From a virus: a DNA stretch of 59,639 nt. Below, piece by piece: positions 43,158-53,994 of the stretch. The notes beneath the pieces were generated by a model. It made no database searches, was not told where the DNA came from, and saw nothing but the letters and a program-made list of their open reading frames with translations. A program made the position numbers and the translations under genes. Within the stretch, counting starts at the first letter, position 1, and each line of letters starts with the position of its first letter. The stretch is from UHGV virus genome UHGV-1364324, one strand, 5' to 3'.

Positions 43158-46079
43158 TTGACCGTGGCCCAATATCCTATTGATATAAAGTTAGATACCG
43201 GGTCTGCTGACCGCGATCTGAAAAATCTTAATACTCAGTTAGATCAAACTGAGAAATCAACAATAGCCGCAGCACAGGCAGCAAACCAGTTATCTGCTGC
43301 TGATCAACAGGTTGCTAAAGCATCCCAGCAATTAGCCCAACAACAAGTCCAACAGGCTGCTAAAGCCGCTGCTGTTGCCCGTGCTACCCGTGAGGCTGCG
43401 CAGGAACAATCGCGCCTTTTAGCCACGCAGGGGGCTGCTGCGCGTGCTGCTGGTGAAACGGTCAACAACCAACAGAAATTTGCAGATCTTGCTAAAACAA
43501 TTAAACAAGCAACCGCTGATGAAAAGAAAGCAATTGATGATCTGACAAATAGCCTTAAAAAGCTGGATAACCAGCAGAATAATACAAACCAGTCAGCACA
43601 GAAAACCAATACCGCATTTGATACTATCGCAACGGGTGTTAAAGGCTTTATCGGCTTACAGGTCGTAAGCACTGTCGCTGAATGGGGTAAGGCTTTCATT
43701 GATACCGCATCTCAGGTTGAGTTACTGCAAAGTCGTATACAGCTTTATTCGAATACGTCTGTTGAAGCAACACAGATTTTTCAGCAACTGGTACAACAGG
43801 CTAACCGTGCTGGTACAGATATCAATGCTGTAGCCAACAGTTTTCAGCGTTTTGCGGCTGCTGGTAAAGATGCCGGGATCAGTAATCAGGTTATTCTGCA
43901 GTTTACCGATAACCTGCAGAAAATGGCGCGTATTTCCGGCGCATCATCACAGGAAGCATCCGCCGCTATTTACCAGTTATCACAGGCGTTTGCGTCTGGT
44001 CGATTACAGGGTGATGAATTCCGGTCTGTTTCAGAACAGATGCCTACTGTTTTACAGGTTTTAGCAAAACAGTTAGGTGTAACTACGGGTGAATTAAAAC
44101 AAATGGGTTCTGAAGGACTCATTACCCGTGACCAAATGTTACTATTAAACAACGCCACCGACGATATTAACGCACAGTTCGACCGTATGCCGCGTACCGT
44201 CGATCAGGCTGCTACAGCATTGCAGAATAACCTTTCTGTGGCTATCGCTGAACTGGATCAGCAGATCGGTGCGTCTAAATTTCTGGCGAAATTCCTCGAT
44301 TTACTGGCAGGCGGTGTATCCGGGGTTACTGACCTAGTCAAAGCCGCTGGTGAAATTGATAAAATGGCGCAGGCTACAAATAACCTGAACGCCGTCACCA
44401 GTCAGCGCGAATCGAACCTGAAAGAGATCGCGGATCTTGAGAAACAGATCCAGAATGGTTACACCACGCAATCAATCGGTGGTTATACCAAATTTGTTAA
44501 TAATACCGCTGATGCACAAAAACGCCTGACTGAACTTAAAAAAATTGATGTTCAGTTAACAAAACAACAGGCAGACGCACAACATCAGGTAACACAGGCT
44601 ACCCCACTGGGTAAAGGTGTTGCTGAAAACCTGGCATCACAGGCAAGCAAGTTAGCATCGCTGAACAAAAGTGTCACGGCTGCTGGCCGTCCTGATGCAG
44701 ATGCAGCCAAACAGATTAAAAACCTGCAGGAACAATTCACTTATACTAAAGCGCTTGCCGATGGTAACTACGAACTGGCCGCTGCTCAAAAACTGGGTAA
44801 TAAAGCCACCAAAGACCAGATCTCTTCTTACGCTGCGTTACTGAAACAGCAGGCAGAGTATAAGCAAGGCCTTAAAGACGATAAAAAAGCCCAGTCAGAG
44901 GCCGCAGCCGCCGCAAAACGTGCACAGAAAGAACTGGAACGTAATCAGGCTGCGAATGAAAAATATTTAAAAACACTTAACGATAAAGTTAATGCTGGTC
45001 AATACGATGTTCAGTTGGCCCGTGAACAGGTTCAGTTAAGTCTTACGCAGGGTGCATCAGTTGATCAGCTTACGGCAGCGTATCAGAAGTCCTATCAGGT
45101 ACAGCAGCAGTTAACGCTACAGTCACAGCAGGCAGAGGCACAATCACGCCTGAATAAAGATGCTACAGATGCTGAACGTAAGGCGGTAGATGAACAGGTT
45201 GCAGCGCTTCAGCGTCAGCAGGAGGCTAAACGCCTTGCTGCACAAGTTTCCCAGGTTCAAAGCGATGTTACCAGCACACTTAACCCGGTTCAGGGACAAA
45301 TGGACCAGATTAACCAGCAGGAAGCACAGCGTTTAACTGTTGCTGAACAGGCACGCCAACAGGATCTGATTAACGAACAGCAGTACCAGGATCTGAAAAC
45401 GCAGATCATGATGGCGGGTGAACAACAGCGCAATGATGTGATGACTGCTAATAATGCGATGTTGCTGGGTGCAACTGGCGATCTTTTTGGTGGTCTGGCT
45501 GATGTTTTAAAGAATGCGCAAGGTGAACAGTCAAGTATCTATAAAACGATGTTTGCAGCAAGTAAAGCATTCGCCATTGCGCAGGCGTCTGTTCTCCTGT
45601 GGCAAAACGTCAGTAAAGCAATGGCGATTGGTTTCCCTCAGAACATCCCATTTATTGCGGGTGCTTTAGCACAGGGTACGTCTATTTTAACTAACCTGTC
45701 ATCCGTGGCTGCAACCGGGTTTGCAACGGGTGGTTTAGTCACGGGTCCTGGTACAGGGCAGAGTGATAGCATTAACGCACGTTTAAGTAACGGTGAATTC
45801 GTCAGTACCAAACAAGCAACAAGTCGTTATCGTGATACACTGGAATCAATGAACCGTGGCACCTATACGCCAGGATCAGAAGGCGGATCAGCACCTAACG
45901 TACAGGTTCATAACTATGGTGGTGAGCGTGTGCAAGTTAAGCAGGGGTTGACCCGTGACGACGTGGTTCTGATCATCGGTGAAGAATTCCCGCGTCAGTC
46001 TGCTGCCCAGTGGAATAACCCTTACAGCCAGACTAATAAATCATTCAGATCAAACTATGATGTGAACAGGAAACTTTAA
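43158..46079 (+). CDS. tail tape measure protein
   Basis: 973 aa, helical/Ala-Gln-rich; AGGAGG RBS (start TTG 43158 or GTG 43164). Confidence 0.8.
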   Translation: MTVAQYPIDIKLDTGSADRDLKNLNTQLDQTEKSTIAAAQAANQLSAADQQVAKASQQLAQQQVQQAAKAAAVARATREAAQEQSRLLATQGAAARAAGETVNNQQKFADLAKTIKQATADEKKAIDDLTNSLKKLDNQQNNTNQSAQKTNTAFDTIATGVKGFIGLQVVSTVAEWGKAFIDTASQVELLQSRIQLYSNTSVEATQIFQQLVQQANRAGTDINAVANSFQRFAAAGKDAGISNQVILQFTDNLQKMARISGASSQEASAAIYQLSQAFASGRLQGDEFRSVSEQMPTVLQVLAKQLGVTTGELKQMGSEGLITRDQMLLLNNATDDINAQFDRMPRTVDQAATALQNNLSVAIAELDQQIGASKFLAKFLDLLAGGVSGVTDLVKAAGEIDKMAQATNNLNAVTSQRESNLKEIADLEKQIQNGYTTQSIGGYTKFVNNTADAQKRLTELKKIDVQLTKQQADAQHQVTQATPLGKGVAENLASQASKLASLNKSVTAAGRPDADAAKQIKNLQEQFTYTKALADGNYELAAAQKLGNKATKDQISSYAALLKQQAEYKQGLKDDKKAQSEAAAAAKRAQKELERNQAANEKYLKTLNDKVNAGQYDVQLAREQVQLSLTQGASVDQLTAAYQKSYQVQQQLTLQSQQAEAQSRLNKDATDAERKAVDEQVAALQRQQEAKRLAAQVSQVQSDVTSTLNPVQGQMDQINQQEAQRLTVAEQARQQDLINEQQYQDLKTQIMMAGEQQRNDVMTANNAMLLGATGDLFGGLADVLKNAQGEQSSIYKTMFAASKAFAIAQASVLLWQNVSKAMAIGFPQNIPFIAGALAQGTSILTNLSSVAATGFATGGLVTGPGTGQSDSINARLSNGEFVSTKQATSRYRDTLESMNRGTYTPGSEGGSAPNVQVHNYGGERVQVKQGLTRDDVVLIIGEEFPRQSAAQWNNPYSQTNKSFRSNYDVNRKL

Positions 46080-46080
46080 T

Positions 46081-46584
46081 ATGGCTACCACTGACGACTT
46101 ACCACGGCTTGAGTATGGGGGCGAAATGGTTCGCCCTGCGCGTGATAACTATAACTATAACCCTCCTTGGGGTGCGACGAAATCAGATATTGCCGGGACA
46201 CTATCGCGGCTGGGACGTAGCGCTTTCGGTGGCCCGGCTGATGTTTCCTGTACTGTTCAGTTGCATAGCCCAGCAATGCTTCAATGGTGGGACGATTTCT
46301 ATAACCTTGAAATTGCAGAAGGTACGAAACGCTTCGTGATGGAACTGTTTGTTAACGGTTTTATTCAGGAACACGTAGTACAGATCGTATCACGACCAGC
46401 AGCAGTTACAGTAGGCTGGAAAGGAAGTATTGACCTGCAGTTACAGGCAGTACCGATTATCGATCGCTGTGCTATGGCGTCCCGCTTGCTTATCACTAAA
46501 TGTCAGGGTGATCATTCATCTTGCTATATTAAAGATCTGATTGATTTAGGTTTATCTCTGAATAACGCCTGGACACCAGAATGA
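46081..46584 (+). CDS. minor tail protein (lambda M-like position)
   Basis: 167 aa; directly after TMP. Confidence 0.4.
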   Translation: MATTDDLPRLEYGGEMVRPARDNYNYNPPWGATKSDIAGTLSRLGRSAFGGPADVSCTVQLHSPAMLQWWDDFYNLEIAEGTKRFVMELFVNGFIQEHVVQIVSRPAAVTVGWKGSIDLQLQAVPIIDRCAMASRLLITKCQGDHSSCYIKDLIDLGLSLNNAWTPE

Positions 46585-47087
46585 AAGATGAACTGAAAGA
46601 ACTATTGACAGTTGCCACAACGGGTAAAGGTGTGGTTGACGGTATTAAACTTAATCATAGTTCCTGGCCGCAACCGCTTTATATCACCAGTGTTTACCCT
46701 GGCTTTACAGCAGTACATGAAGATGGTCTGGAATATGATTACGAATATATTCCTATGTCTGTTAAGAAAGCGAATAAGCAAAACGACTTATCGCAGGATT
46801 ACAGTTTCACTATTCAGGATCTGAACGAGGTTGTCGGGGTTTATCTGGACCTGATACCGCTTGATAGTGAAGAAAAACCATCGGTGGAGTTACGAACCTT
46901 CGTGTACCGTGAAGACGGATCTATTTCTGATATTCAGGATGGTCCGTATGTGCTCGAATCGGGTGATATCACTACTGAGCCGCAGGGGTGTACGTTTACA
47001 GCTACACCACCGATAACGAATTTTTCAGGAACAGGTGAGTTACAAACGTTTGAACTTTTTCCTTCATTACTGGCGTATACATCATGA
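46581..47087 (+). CDS. minor tail protein (lambda L-like position)
   Basis: 168 aa; ATGA coupling. Confidence 0.4.
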   Translation: MKDELKELLTVATTGKGVVDGIKLNHSSWPQPLYITSVYPGFTAVHEDGLEYDYEYIPMSVKKANKQNDLSQDYSFTIQDLNEVVGVYLDLIPLDSEEKPSVELRTFVYREDGSISDIQDGPYVLESGDITTEPQGCTFTATPPITNFSGTGELQTFELFPSLLAYTS

Positions 47088-47443
47088 TCGGCGATCGTTA
47101 TGATGTTGATAACTGGAATTGCACACATGAAGTCAGCCAATGGTATATGTTAAATAACTATCCCCATCAGTTGCACAGCGTCAACAGTAGTGAATGGGGT
47201 GTATCGTTCGTCAGATGGATGCGTAAGCGTTTTACACCACTGGTTAAGCCTGAACAGGGTGCGTTAGTTTTAATGAAAAATCGTTGCTCTGGTGGGCTTC
47301 ATGTCGGTGTGTGGGATGATGGTATGGTTCATCATTGTTATCAACCTCCCGGTAACACACCAGGACAAACTATAAGAACACCTCTAAGTATAATAAAATG
47401 TTCTCACAAAGACGTGACTTTCTGGAGAATGAACAATGTCTAA
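47084..47443 (+). CDS. NlpC/P60-like cysteine peptidase tail protein (lambda K-like)
   Basis: Conserved Cys (WNCTHEV) and His (GLHVGVW, HHCY). Confidence 0.4.
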   Translation: MIGDRYDVDNWNCTHEVSQWYMLNNYPHQLHSVNSSEWGVSFVRWMRKRFTPLVKPEQGALVLMKNRCSGGLHVGVWDDGMVHHCYQPPGNTPGQTIRTPLSIIKCSHKDVTFWRMNNV

Positions 47444-49973
47444 AGTCGTTTATCACACAGTACCGATTGAAAAAGCTGAAAATGTTGATTTTGGTGAATG
47501 GTTGCTGAAACGCTGGCCTGTTGGATCCGTTCGCCCCCGTGGGTTACTGATTTTTAAAAATGACGAAAACATTACTCACGAATGGGTGAACAACCCATCA
47601 GTTTTAAACGATCCCGATGCTACATACCATATTTACGAACTTCCGCGCGGTGGTATTGTAAGTGCTATTACAGGTGTAATCGGCACTATTCTCAACCCTA
47701 TTTTAAAACTATTTACCCCGCAAAGTAATGTTTCTAATACATCATTAAATAATAAAATAAAGTCCTCAAATAACTCTTTACAAGGTCGTACAAATGATTC
47801 CAGACCTGGTGAACGCATTGCTGATATTCGTGGTATGGTCAGAGCGTACCCGGATCTGTTAATGAACTATAGTGTTTTTAAAAACGGAACTGAATATGAG
47901 TGCCAGTTTCTTTGCTTGGGTGTTGGTTCATATGTCACTGATGAGATCAGTGATGGTGTAACACCTATTACTAACGTATCGGGTTCTCAAATATCAATTT
48001 ACGATCCTGGTACAGCACCAGGTTACGGATCGCCTTCGAAGGTTATCAACGGTGCTATTGATATCGCATCGTTCCCCGTGGTAATCGCTAAAGAATCAAA
48101 TGAAGTTGATGGTGCTGAACTATTCCCACCGAACTATGCTGACGTTAGTTCGGGCAACCTGACATTTACGATTTATTCAACTGGTCAGATTGATGGGGTT
48201 AGTAACGATGAAAACAACCCTATTGACTGGTCAGATCGTGTATCTATTGGTGATGATTTTGTAATATCAGGATTTATTTCACTCGAAGAACAAATTGTTA
48301 GCGGTAGTCCAACTGGTTTGTACTATCTGCATGACCTAAGTGGCACATATAGGGTTACCGGAACCTCAGATGAAGGTGTATTATTAGATGTTTCTGGTAA
48401 CCCTAACTGGTCATTCCTTTCTTCAACAGGTCAGGCACCTGTAACCACAGTTTATGATGTAGGTGGAGGTTTATATTCATTAAATTCTTCATCTGGTGGG
48501 ACGAAGGTTACATATAAACCGAGCATGGACACGACACGCCCATATAGTGTCGGTCCGTATCTGATGGTTAATTCACCAAAAATTCTGGTGAATGCTTACG
48601 CTCAAAATGGTATTTATCGTCGTCGTTATTACATTACACCATTTGACGTAACTTTGCGTGTAACTGTATCTAACTATAACAACCCATCAGATCCTGAATA
48701 TACTTATGATTTCGTGGTAAAAGGATCGACAAGTGCGACAGGTGCGTCTTTACTATTCGATAATCCTTATCCAGACGCTGCTTTTATCAGAATGCAACGT
48801 TTAACAGATACTACTTTGGATGAAAGCATTTCAACAGTAGATACAGTTAAATGGCGTGATATGTATGGTATTACTGATATTTCACCGCGTAGTTACGGTG
48901 ATGTTACAACAATACATTCAGTAACTAAAGCAACATCATCTGCTTTAAAACTGAAAGAACGAAAATTAAACATGTTAGCTACCCGAATTTATAACGGTAG
49001 TCCAAGCAGCAATTTTGCAGATGTTGTTATGTCTATGCATCTTGATCCAAATTTTGGACGCCGTGATCTATCCACAATTGATGTTGATGCTTTATATGCT
49101 GTACAGCAACAACTACTAGATTATTTTGGCGACCCTCGATCTATTCAGGTTGGGTATACGTTTGACGACAACGGAACCACCTACGAAGAAGCATTGCAAA
49201 CCATTTGTAATACGGTCAACGTAACACCATACCAGGTGGGTAGCGTGCTTTATTTTTGGCCTGAGTTACCACAATCTGTATCTGCAATGCAGTTTGGGCA
49301 CGCGTTTAAAGTGCCGGATACTGATAAACGTACCCGTGCATTTGCACCACCTAAAGAATACACGGGCGTTCAGGTTAAATACTTTGACCACGATGAAAAA
49401 TCATATCTTTACGTTACGATCGGCGAAGAAACTAACCTGAATAAAATAGATTTAGTTGCCTGCCAGTCAAAATATCTGGCTACAATCCGTGCTAATCGTG
49501 AGATGAATAAACTACGTTATCAACGTATTACCCATGAATGCACCGCGCTTAGTATCGGGTTGCAGGCTACCCCTGGAATGCGTGTGGATATGATTGATAA
49601 TACCAGAATGAAACAACACGAAGGTGTGATTGTTGATGTTGACGGTTTAACACTGACGTTAAGTGATCCTGTTGATTTTGTTACAGGTAATACGTATTCA
49701 ATCACGATAACAGGGCGTTTAGGCACGCTTGAAAACATCCCAGTTTCACCTGGTGATGATGAGTTTACTGTTGTATTACAGTCAGCACCAACAGAAGAAA
49801 TATATACCGGGTGGTTACAGGATCGAACTAGTTATATTATCAGAACAGATGATGAACGTAGTAAGCTGGCGATGTTGGTACAGACTATGGAACCGTCAGG
49901 CGCTGATAATAATTATCAGGTGGGGTTAACGTGCATCAATTACGATGCACGTTATTATCAGGATGATAAGTAA
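47436..49973 (+). CDS. tail tip / host-specificity protein (J-like)
   Basis: 845 aa, last large gene of tail operon. Confidence 0.45.
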   Translation: MSKVVYHTVPIEKAENVDFGEWLLKRWPVGSVRPRGLLIFKNDENITHEWVNNPSVLNDPDATYHIYELPRGGIVSAITGVIGTILNPILKLFTPQSNVSNTSLNNKIKSSNNSLQGRTNDSRPGERIADIRGMVRAYPDLLMNYSVFKNGTEYECQFLCLGVGSYVTDEISDGVTPITNVSGSQISIYDPGTAPGYGSPSKVINGAIDIASFPVVIAKESNEVDGAELFPPNYADVSSGNLTFTIYSTGQIDGVSNDENNPIDWSDRVSIGDDFVISGFISLEEQIVSGSPTGLYYLHDLSGTYRVTGTSDEGVLLDVSGNPNWSFLSSTGQAPVTTVYDVGGGLYSLNSSSGGTKVTYKPSMDTTRPYSVGPYLMVNSPKILVNAYAQNGIYRRRYYITPFDVTLRVTVSNYNNPSDPEYTYDFVVKGSTSATGASLLFDNPYPDAAFIRMQRLTDTTLDESISTVDTVKWRDMYGITDISPRSYGDVTTIHSVTKATSSALKLKERKLNMLATRIYNGSPSSNFADVVMSMHLDPNFGRRDLSTIDVDALYAVQQQLLDYFGDPRSIQVGYTFDDNGTTYEEALQTICNTVNVTPYQVGSVLYFWPELPQSVSAMQFGHAFKVPDTDKRTRAFAPPKEYTGVQVKYFDHDEKSYLYVTIGEETNLNKIDLVACQSKYLATIRANREMNKLRYQRITHECTALSIGLQATPGMRVDMIDNTRMKQHEGVIVDVDGLTLTLSDPVDFVTGNTYSITITGRLGTLENIPVSPGDDEFTVVLQSAPTEEIYTGWLQDRTSYIIRTDDERSKLAMLVQTMEPSGADNNYQVGLTCINYDARYYQDDK

Positions 49974-50198
49974 CTATGAAAAACGACCCCGAATTGAAGA
50001 TCAATCAGCCGTGAGTATTTCAGAGACAGTTAAAGTTGTAGCTGTTAAATCATCTTTACGTGCACGGTAAAACTTACCAATCCATGCCAGTGGGAACGGT
50101 GTATGACCTACCCTTCGATAAATACTGTTTTATATACAGTAGTTTTGAGTGGTAGATCAAGAAAGTTTCAGGTATCAATTTCTATGATAGATGCTATG

Positions 50199-50235
50199 AC
50201 CGCCCGGTAATTCTTCCATACGGTTACCGGGCGGT
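50199..50235. other. perfect 12-bp stem hairpin between convergent tail genes
   Basis: ACCGCCCGGTAA N13 TTACCGGGCGGT; no U-run. Confidence 0.5.
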
Positions 50236-50239
50236 ACAG

Positions 50240-50995
50240 TTACAGCGTCAGTCCATAAACGTCTTTATAAAAGGCCGTCAGCTTTGCGAGCAATGATGCT
50301 CCAGCACTGGTGTTCATTGCGACGGTACACAGAAATAGGTCGGACACGTCACCATCCCAGAACTGAGAACCACCCGGTAATGCGCCCAGGGCGAATGCCG
50401 AAGAGGAAGGACTTCCAGCAGCAGCAACGGATGCCATCACACCATTCACGCGCAGGAAAATATTCGTCCCATCATAACCACAAACGAACGCAAACGGCGT
50501 ATCAAGATCCAGTGTCGGGACAACGCATGTTGCTGACCCATACAGAAACTGTAATTTCCCGGCGTTGGTAGTGGGGCTTACGTTGAGTATGGCCCGAACA
50601 GACGAGGAGGTGAATGTACCACAAAGGTTACTTGATGCCGCCAGCGCCCTTAGTGTGGCCACACCTGACCAACTGAATGGCTGCGTTAAATCCAGCACAT
50701 CTCCGCTGAATAAAGAGCGATCAGATTCTGATGCGTTGAATCTGGCCCCGGAGTATTGTCCAAATGCGTTGCTGACCAGGGTTGCGCCATTGGCTGCATC
50801 AGCGCGGGTCAACTTGCTGGCGGTCCCTTTCCGATCGTTGAATGAGACAATATCATTACCACTCAGCGTTACTGAATTCGCATCGGCCTGAAACCAGTTT
50901 TTTACGCCTGAGTCGGCAATCAGCGCCGATGCCAGACTTTCCCCCGCCGGCAACGCGGTATTATTGAAATTTTGTGCAACAATGATTCCGGGCAT
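50240..50995 (-). CDS. tail-fibre-associated protein (possible adhesin/partner)
   Basis: 251 aa Ser/Thr/Ala/Gly-rich; downstream of fibre gene in same leftward transcript. Confidence 0.4.
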   Translation of the reverse strand: MPGIIVAQNFNNTALPAGESLASALIADSGVKNWFQADANSVTLSGNDIVSFNDRKGTASKLTRADAANGATLVSNAFGQYSGARFNASESDRSLFSGDVLDLTQPFSWSGVATLRALAASSNLCGTFTSSSVRAILNVSPTTNAGKLQFLYGSATCVVPTLDLDTPFAFVCGYDGTNIFLRVNGVMASVAAAGSPSSSAFALGALPGGSQFWDGDVSDLFLCTVAMNTSAGASLLAKLTAFYKDVYGLTL

Positions 50996-51000
50996 GTTAA

Positions 51001-53085
51001 TTACTCCGTAACAGTGATTTCAAAACGAATAGCGTAGTGGCGAACGTTGCGCGGGATATTCACACCCTGCCTGTTCCACCAGGATTTTCGGTCGGTTTCG
51101 ACCATTAGGTTACCGCGACGTGTTGGCCAGTAGGTGACATCATCAAATGCGTCAATCGCATATCGTAGGGTACGTTGCGCCGGTGCCGCCGAGAGGGTCA
51201 GACGTACTGTTTTGGCTCCCGTAATTTCAACGGCTGTGATGGTCGCGCCGGGGAAAGAAAAGCCGTGGTTAAGCGTATCTGGAACCCAATCGCTATCGAT
51301 TGACAGTTTTGCGCCAAAGGCCTCGAAAGGCGTGCCTTCAAAAGTGATATCGACAATATTTCCGGATAGGACCGCAGACACCGGCTGTACCGGTTTCCAC
51401 GCTCCTTTATCAACGATGCTGGAGTAAACGTCCGCATAGGTCTCACCCAGCATCAACCTGCCCTCTGGCCCTGTGTGAACAGTGCTGGGACCAGTACCCG
51501 GTTCGTCACCGAGCTTAAACTGGTACATCGGTCCAGCCAGGAAACTATCTGCGCGGCTCTTCGCTACGTCCCATTGTCCCTGACTGGCGTAGTTCTCGCC
51601 GCTTGCGGCTTTCGACATGTTTGTTTGCCAGATAGCAACCTGAACATCATTAGCCTGTCCGGTTGCGGCTTTGTACCCGGGTAGAATAGTGTTGAAAAGG
51701 TCATTCAACTGAGTGGCGTAGTTATCGCGACCGGTTGGTCCCGCTTCGCCTTGAATCCACTGCATAACGTCAAGCACAGCAGATCGGCCATACTCCGCAG
51801 CAATCTCTACGGCACGCTGCAGGAACGTCACTGCGTTCTCGTAGTTCCAGTATCCCGACTGCGCGTTCGGGTAGAATGAGCTAATAGGCTGCGAGCCATG
51901 CCAGGCGGTTGCGGCGATATAACCCGGGTCATCCCGCCCAAGCTCTGCGTTACGCTGCGTGATTCCGTACGCCGAGCAAATCGCTGGGGACTGCGCAGCA
52001 GAGTAGTCCAGCGCCGGTACAAAGTCGGTGAGCGATGCTGGCGATAAATGAACGGTTCCCTGCTGACTACTGCCGTTGACTCCCGCAAACCCCCATGCAG
52101 AAAACGCCCACGGCGCACTATCAACAATGCGGCCTGTCGAGCCACCAAGCCCCGCATTTGACTGGCCATATACCAACGCAATACGGATTGCCGTAGCTAA
52201 TGGCGCAGCCATCACCAGCGTATCCTGCACACCGTCAGATAACTGACGCGCGTCGAAAGTGCGTGAACCTTTGTCCAAGACAGAAGCTGTGTTGTATTCG
52301 TCGCCGATATAGTGTCGGGGATTAAATACCCGCGCTCCCCATTGCCCGCGGATATCAGGAACGGTGGCCCCCCCGCCACCAATTCTGTCAGCAATGTATG
52401 CAACAGAATCATCATCAAGCAGAGCGAACGTTAAACCAGTATCCGGGTTAAAGCCGATACCTACGCGCCCGTCATTTTTCGATTTAACAACGGAAATATA
52501 TTGCGGTCCGTCGCGCGGAGGTATTTTATCTGTGCCGGGAATTTCAACGTCTGCCACATATACGCCGCCGTCGTTTTTAAATCCGATAACACGTTTATCA
52601 GCTGAGATGACCGGAAATGAAAATCCCGCCACACCGTTTCGATAGAGTGACTGATTCTGCATTTGCTGAATAATGCTCAGTAATGAGTCGATATAAACCT
52701 GAGATGGCATTCGGCGCCCCGTGGCCTCCAGCGTTCCACCGTTGTTGATGTACTCGTTTGCCAGCGCGCTTCCGTCCTGGCTACGCACGTAGGTTGTGGA
52801 GTTTACCGGGATATTCGCGATATCAGCCTGAGCATCAGCCAGGGTCATGTACTGACGGCTTAGAGGGATCAGATTCTGCCGGGTTTCCTCAACAACAGCA
52901 TCACCATCCGCCTTAATCCCTTTAAGTGTATGATCACTTACCGTTTCAGTACCAATTGTATCAGTTACCATCAATGCGTCAGCACCGTTTGCATCCTTAC
53001 TTTTAGCTACATGTTCTATGTGTTGAATTGCTTGTTTGCCTGTTTTAAGGTCGTCAGCACTGATATAATTGCTGCAGTCAGCCAT
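51001..53085 (-). CDS. side tail fibre/tailspike with GQSN (SGNH esterase) motif
   Basis: 694 aa; VYGQSNAGLGG motif; Gly-rich segments. Confidence 0.5.
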   Translation of the reverse strand: MADCSNYISADDLKTGKQAIQHIEHVAKSKDANGADALMVTDTIGTETVSDHTLKGIKADGDAVVEETRQNLIPLSRQYMTLADAQADIANIPVNSTTYVRSQDGSALANEYINNGGTLEATGRRMPSQVYIDSLLSIIQQMQNQSLYRNGVAGFSFPVISADKRVIGFKNDGGVYVADVEIPGTDKIPPRDGPQYISVVKSKNDGRVGIGFNPDTGLTFALLDDDSVAYIADRIGGGGATVPDIRGQWGARVFNPRHYIGDEYNTASVLDKGSRTFDARQLSDGVQDTLVMAAPLATAIRIALVYGQSNAGLGGSTGRIVDSAPWAFSAWGFAGVNGSSQQGTVHLSPASLTDFVPALDYSAAQSPAICSAYGITQRNAELGRDDPGYIAATAWHGSQPISSFYPNAQSGYWNYENAVTFLQRAVEIAAEYGRSAVLDVMQWIQGEAGPTGRDNYATQLNDLFNTILPGYKAATGQANDVQVAIWQTNMSKAASGENYASQGQWDVAKSRADSFLAGPMYQFKLGDEPGTGPSTVHTGPEGRLMLGETYADVYSSIVDKGAWKPVQPVSAVLSGNIVDITFEGTPFEAFGAKLSIDSDWVPDTLNHGFSFPGATITAVEITGAKTVRLTLSAAPAQRTLRYAIDAFDDVTYWPTRRGNLMVETDRKSWWNRQGVNIPRNVRHYAIRFEITVTE
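53055..53069 (+). promoter_or_regulatory. putative extended -10 promoter (TGATATAAT) for lysis cassette, inside 5' end of fibre gene
   Basis: Perfect TATAAT with TG at -15/-14; only 28 bp separate divergent starts. Confidence 0.35.
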
Positions 53086-53113
53086 CTTTTAACCCTCGTG
53101 GGAGTGTGGAACA

Positions 53114-53437
53114 ATGTCCGATAATCCGGTATTGAAATATTGGCCTATCATAACATTTATTGTAACTGGTGCGGTAGGTTTCGGCGTACTCCAGCAGCAG
53201 GTTAATGCAACAGCTAAAGATGTAGCTGACGCAAAAGTAAACGCCAGTAACGCCTACAACCTCGCCAAACGTATTGAATCCCGTGTTGATGTTCATGATG
53301 TAAAATTAGAGTATCAGGCTGTTCAGAATACTCAAATCCTTTCCAGCGTCAAAGAACTTACCCAGTCTACTAACGATCTGAAAGTCGTTATCGAAGGTCT
53401 TAAAAATCAACGTCGTACAGAAGGTGACACAAGATGA
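53114..53437 (+). CDS. putative holin (single N-terminal TM)
   Basis: 107 aa; TM YWPIITFIVTGAVGFGVL; precedes endolysin. Confidence 0.4.
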   Translation: MSDNPVLKYWPIITFIVTGAVGFGVLQQQVNATAKDVADAKVNASNAYNLAKRIESRVDVHDVKLEYQAVQNTQILSSVKELTQSTNDLKVVIEGLKNQRRTEGDTR

Positions 53438-53994
53438 GCACAGGCAATAAATCTGTTGATGAAATCATTGATACAACTATTGGTCACGAGGGCGGTTATT
53501 CAAATGATCGCGCCGATCGTGGTGGTGTAACAATGTGGGGTATTACTGAAACTGTAGCACGTGCACATGGCTACAAAGGTGATATGCGTTTATTACCACG
53601 GGCAACTGCTGTAAGCATTTATGAGGCTGATTACTGGTTTGGTCCTCGTTTCGATCTGGTACAACAAGTTTCACCGTTAATTGCGGCTGAACTTTTTGAT
53701 ACTGGTGTTAACATGGGTCCGTCAGTGCCATGCAAGTTCTTTCAACGGTGGCTGAACGTCTTCAATAATCAGCAAAAACTCTATCCTGATTTGATCGCAG
53801 ATGGTCAGATTGGACCACGAACTATCAACGCCCTTAAACAGTATTTAACCACCCGTGGTAAAGATGCTGAAAAAGTCATGGTGCGTGCATTGAACTGTTC
53901 ACAAGGTAATCGTTATCTGGAACTGTCAGAGGCACGGGAAGCCAATGAAACGTTTACTTATGGTTGGTTACTTAATCGCGTGGGGTCACTCTAA
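53434..53994 (+). CDS. endolysin: GH108 N-terminal domain + PG_binding_3
   Basis: HEGGYSNDRADRGGVTMWGIT motif. Confidence 0.8.
   Translation: MSTGNKSVDEIIDTTIGHEGGYSNDRADRGGVTMWGITETVARAHGYKGDMRLLPRATAVSIYEADYWFGPRFDLVQQVSPLIAAELFDTGVNMGPSVPCKFFQRWLNVFNNQQKLYPDLIADGQIGPRTINALKQYLTTRGKDAEKVMVRALNCSQGNRYLELSEAREANETFTYGWLLNRVGSL

Noticed and set aside
43304-44158. Minus-strand ORFs inside tape measure gene
   Set aside because: Antisense shadow ORFs in a repetitive helical-protein gene.
51134-52645. Several 60-117-aa ORFs on both strands within the tail fibre gene
   Set aside because: Shadow ORFs in a GC-rich gene; no start context.
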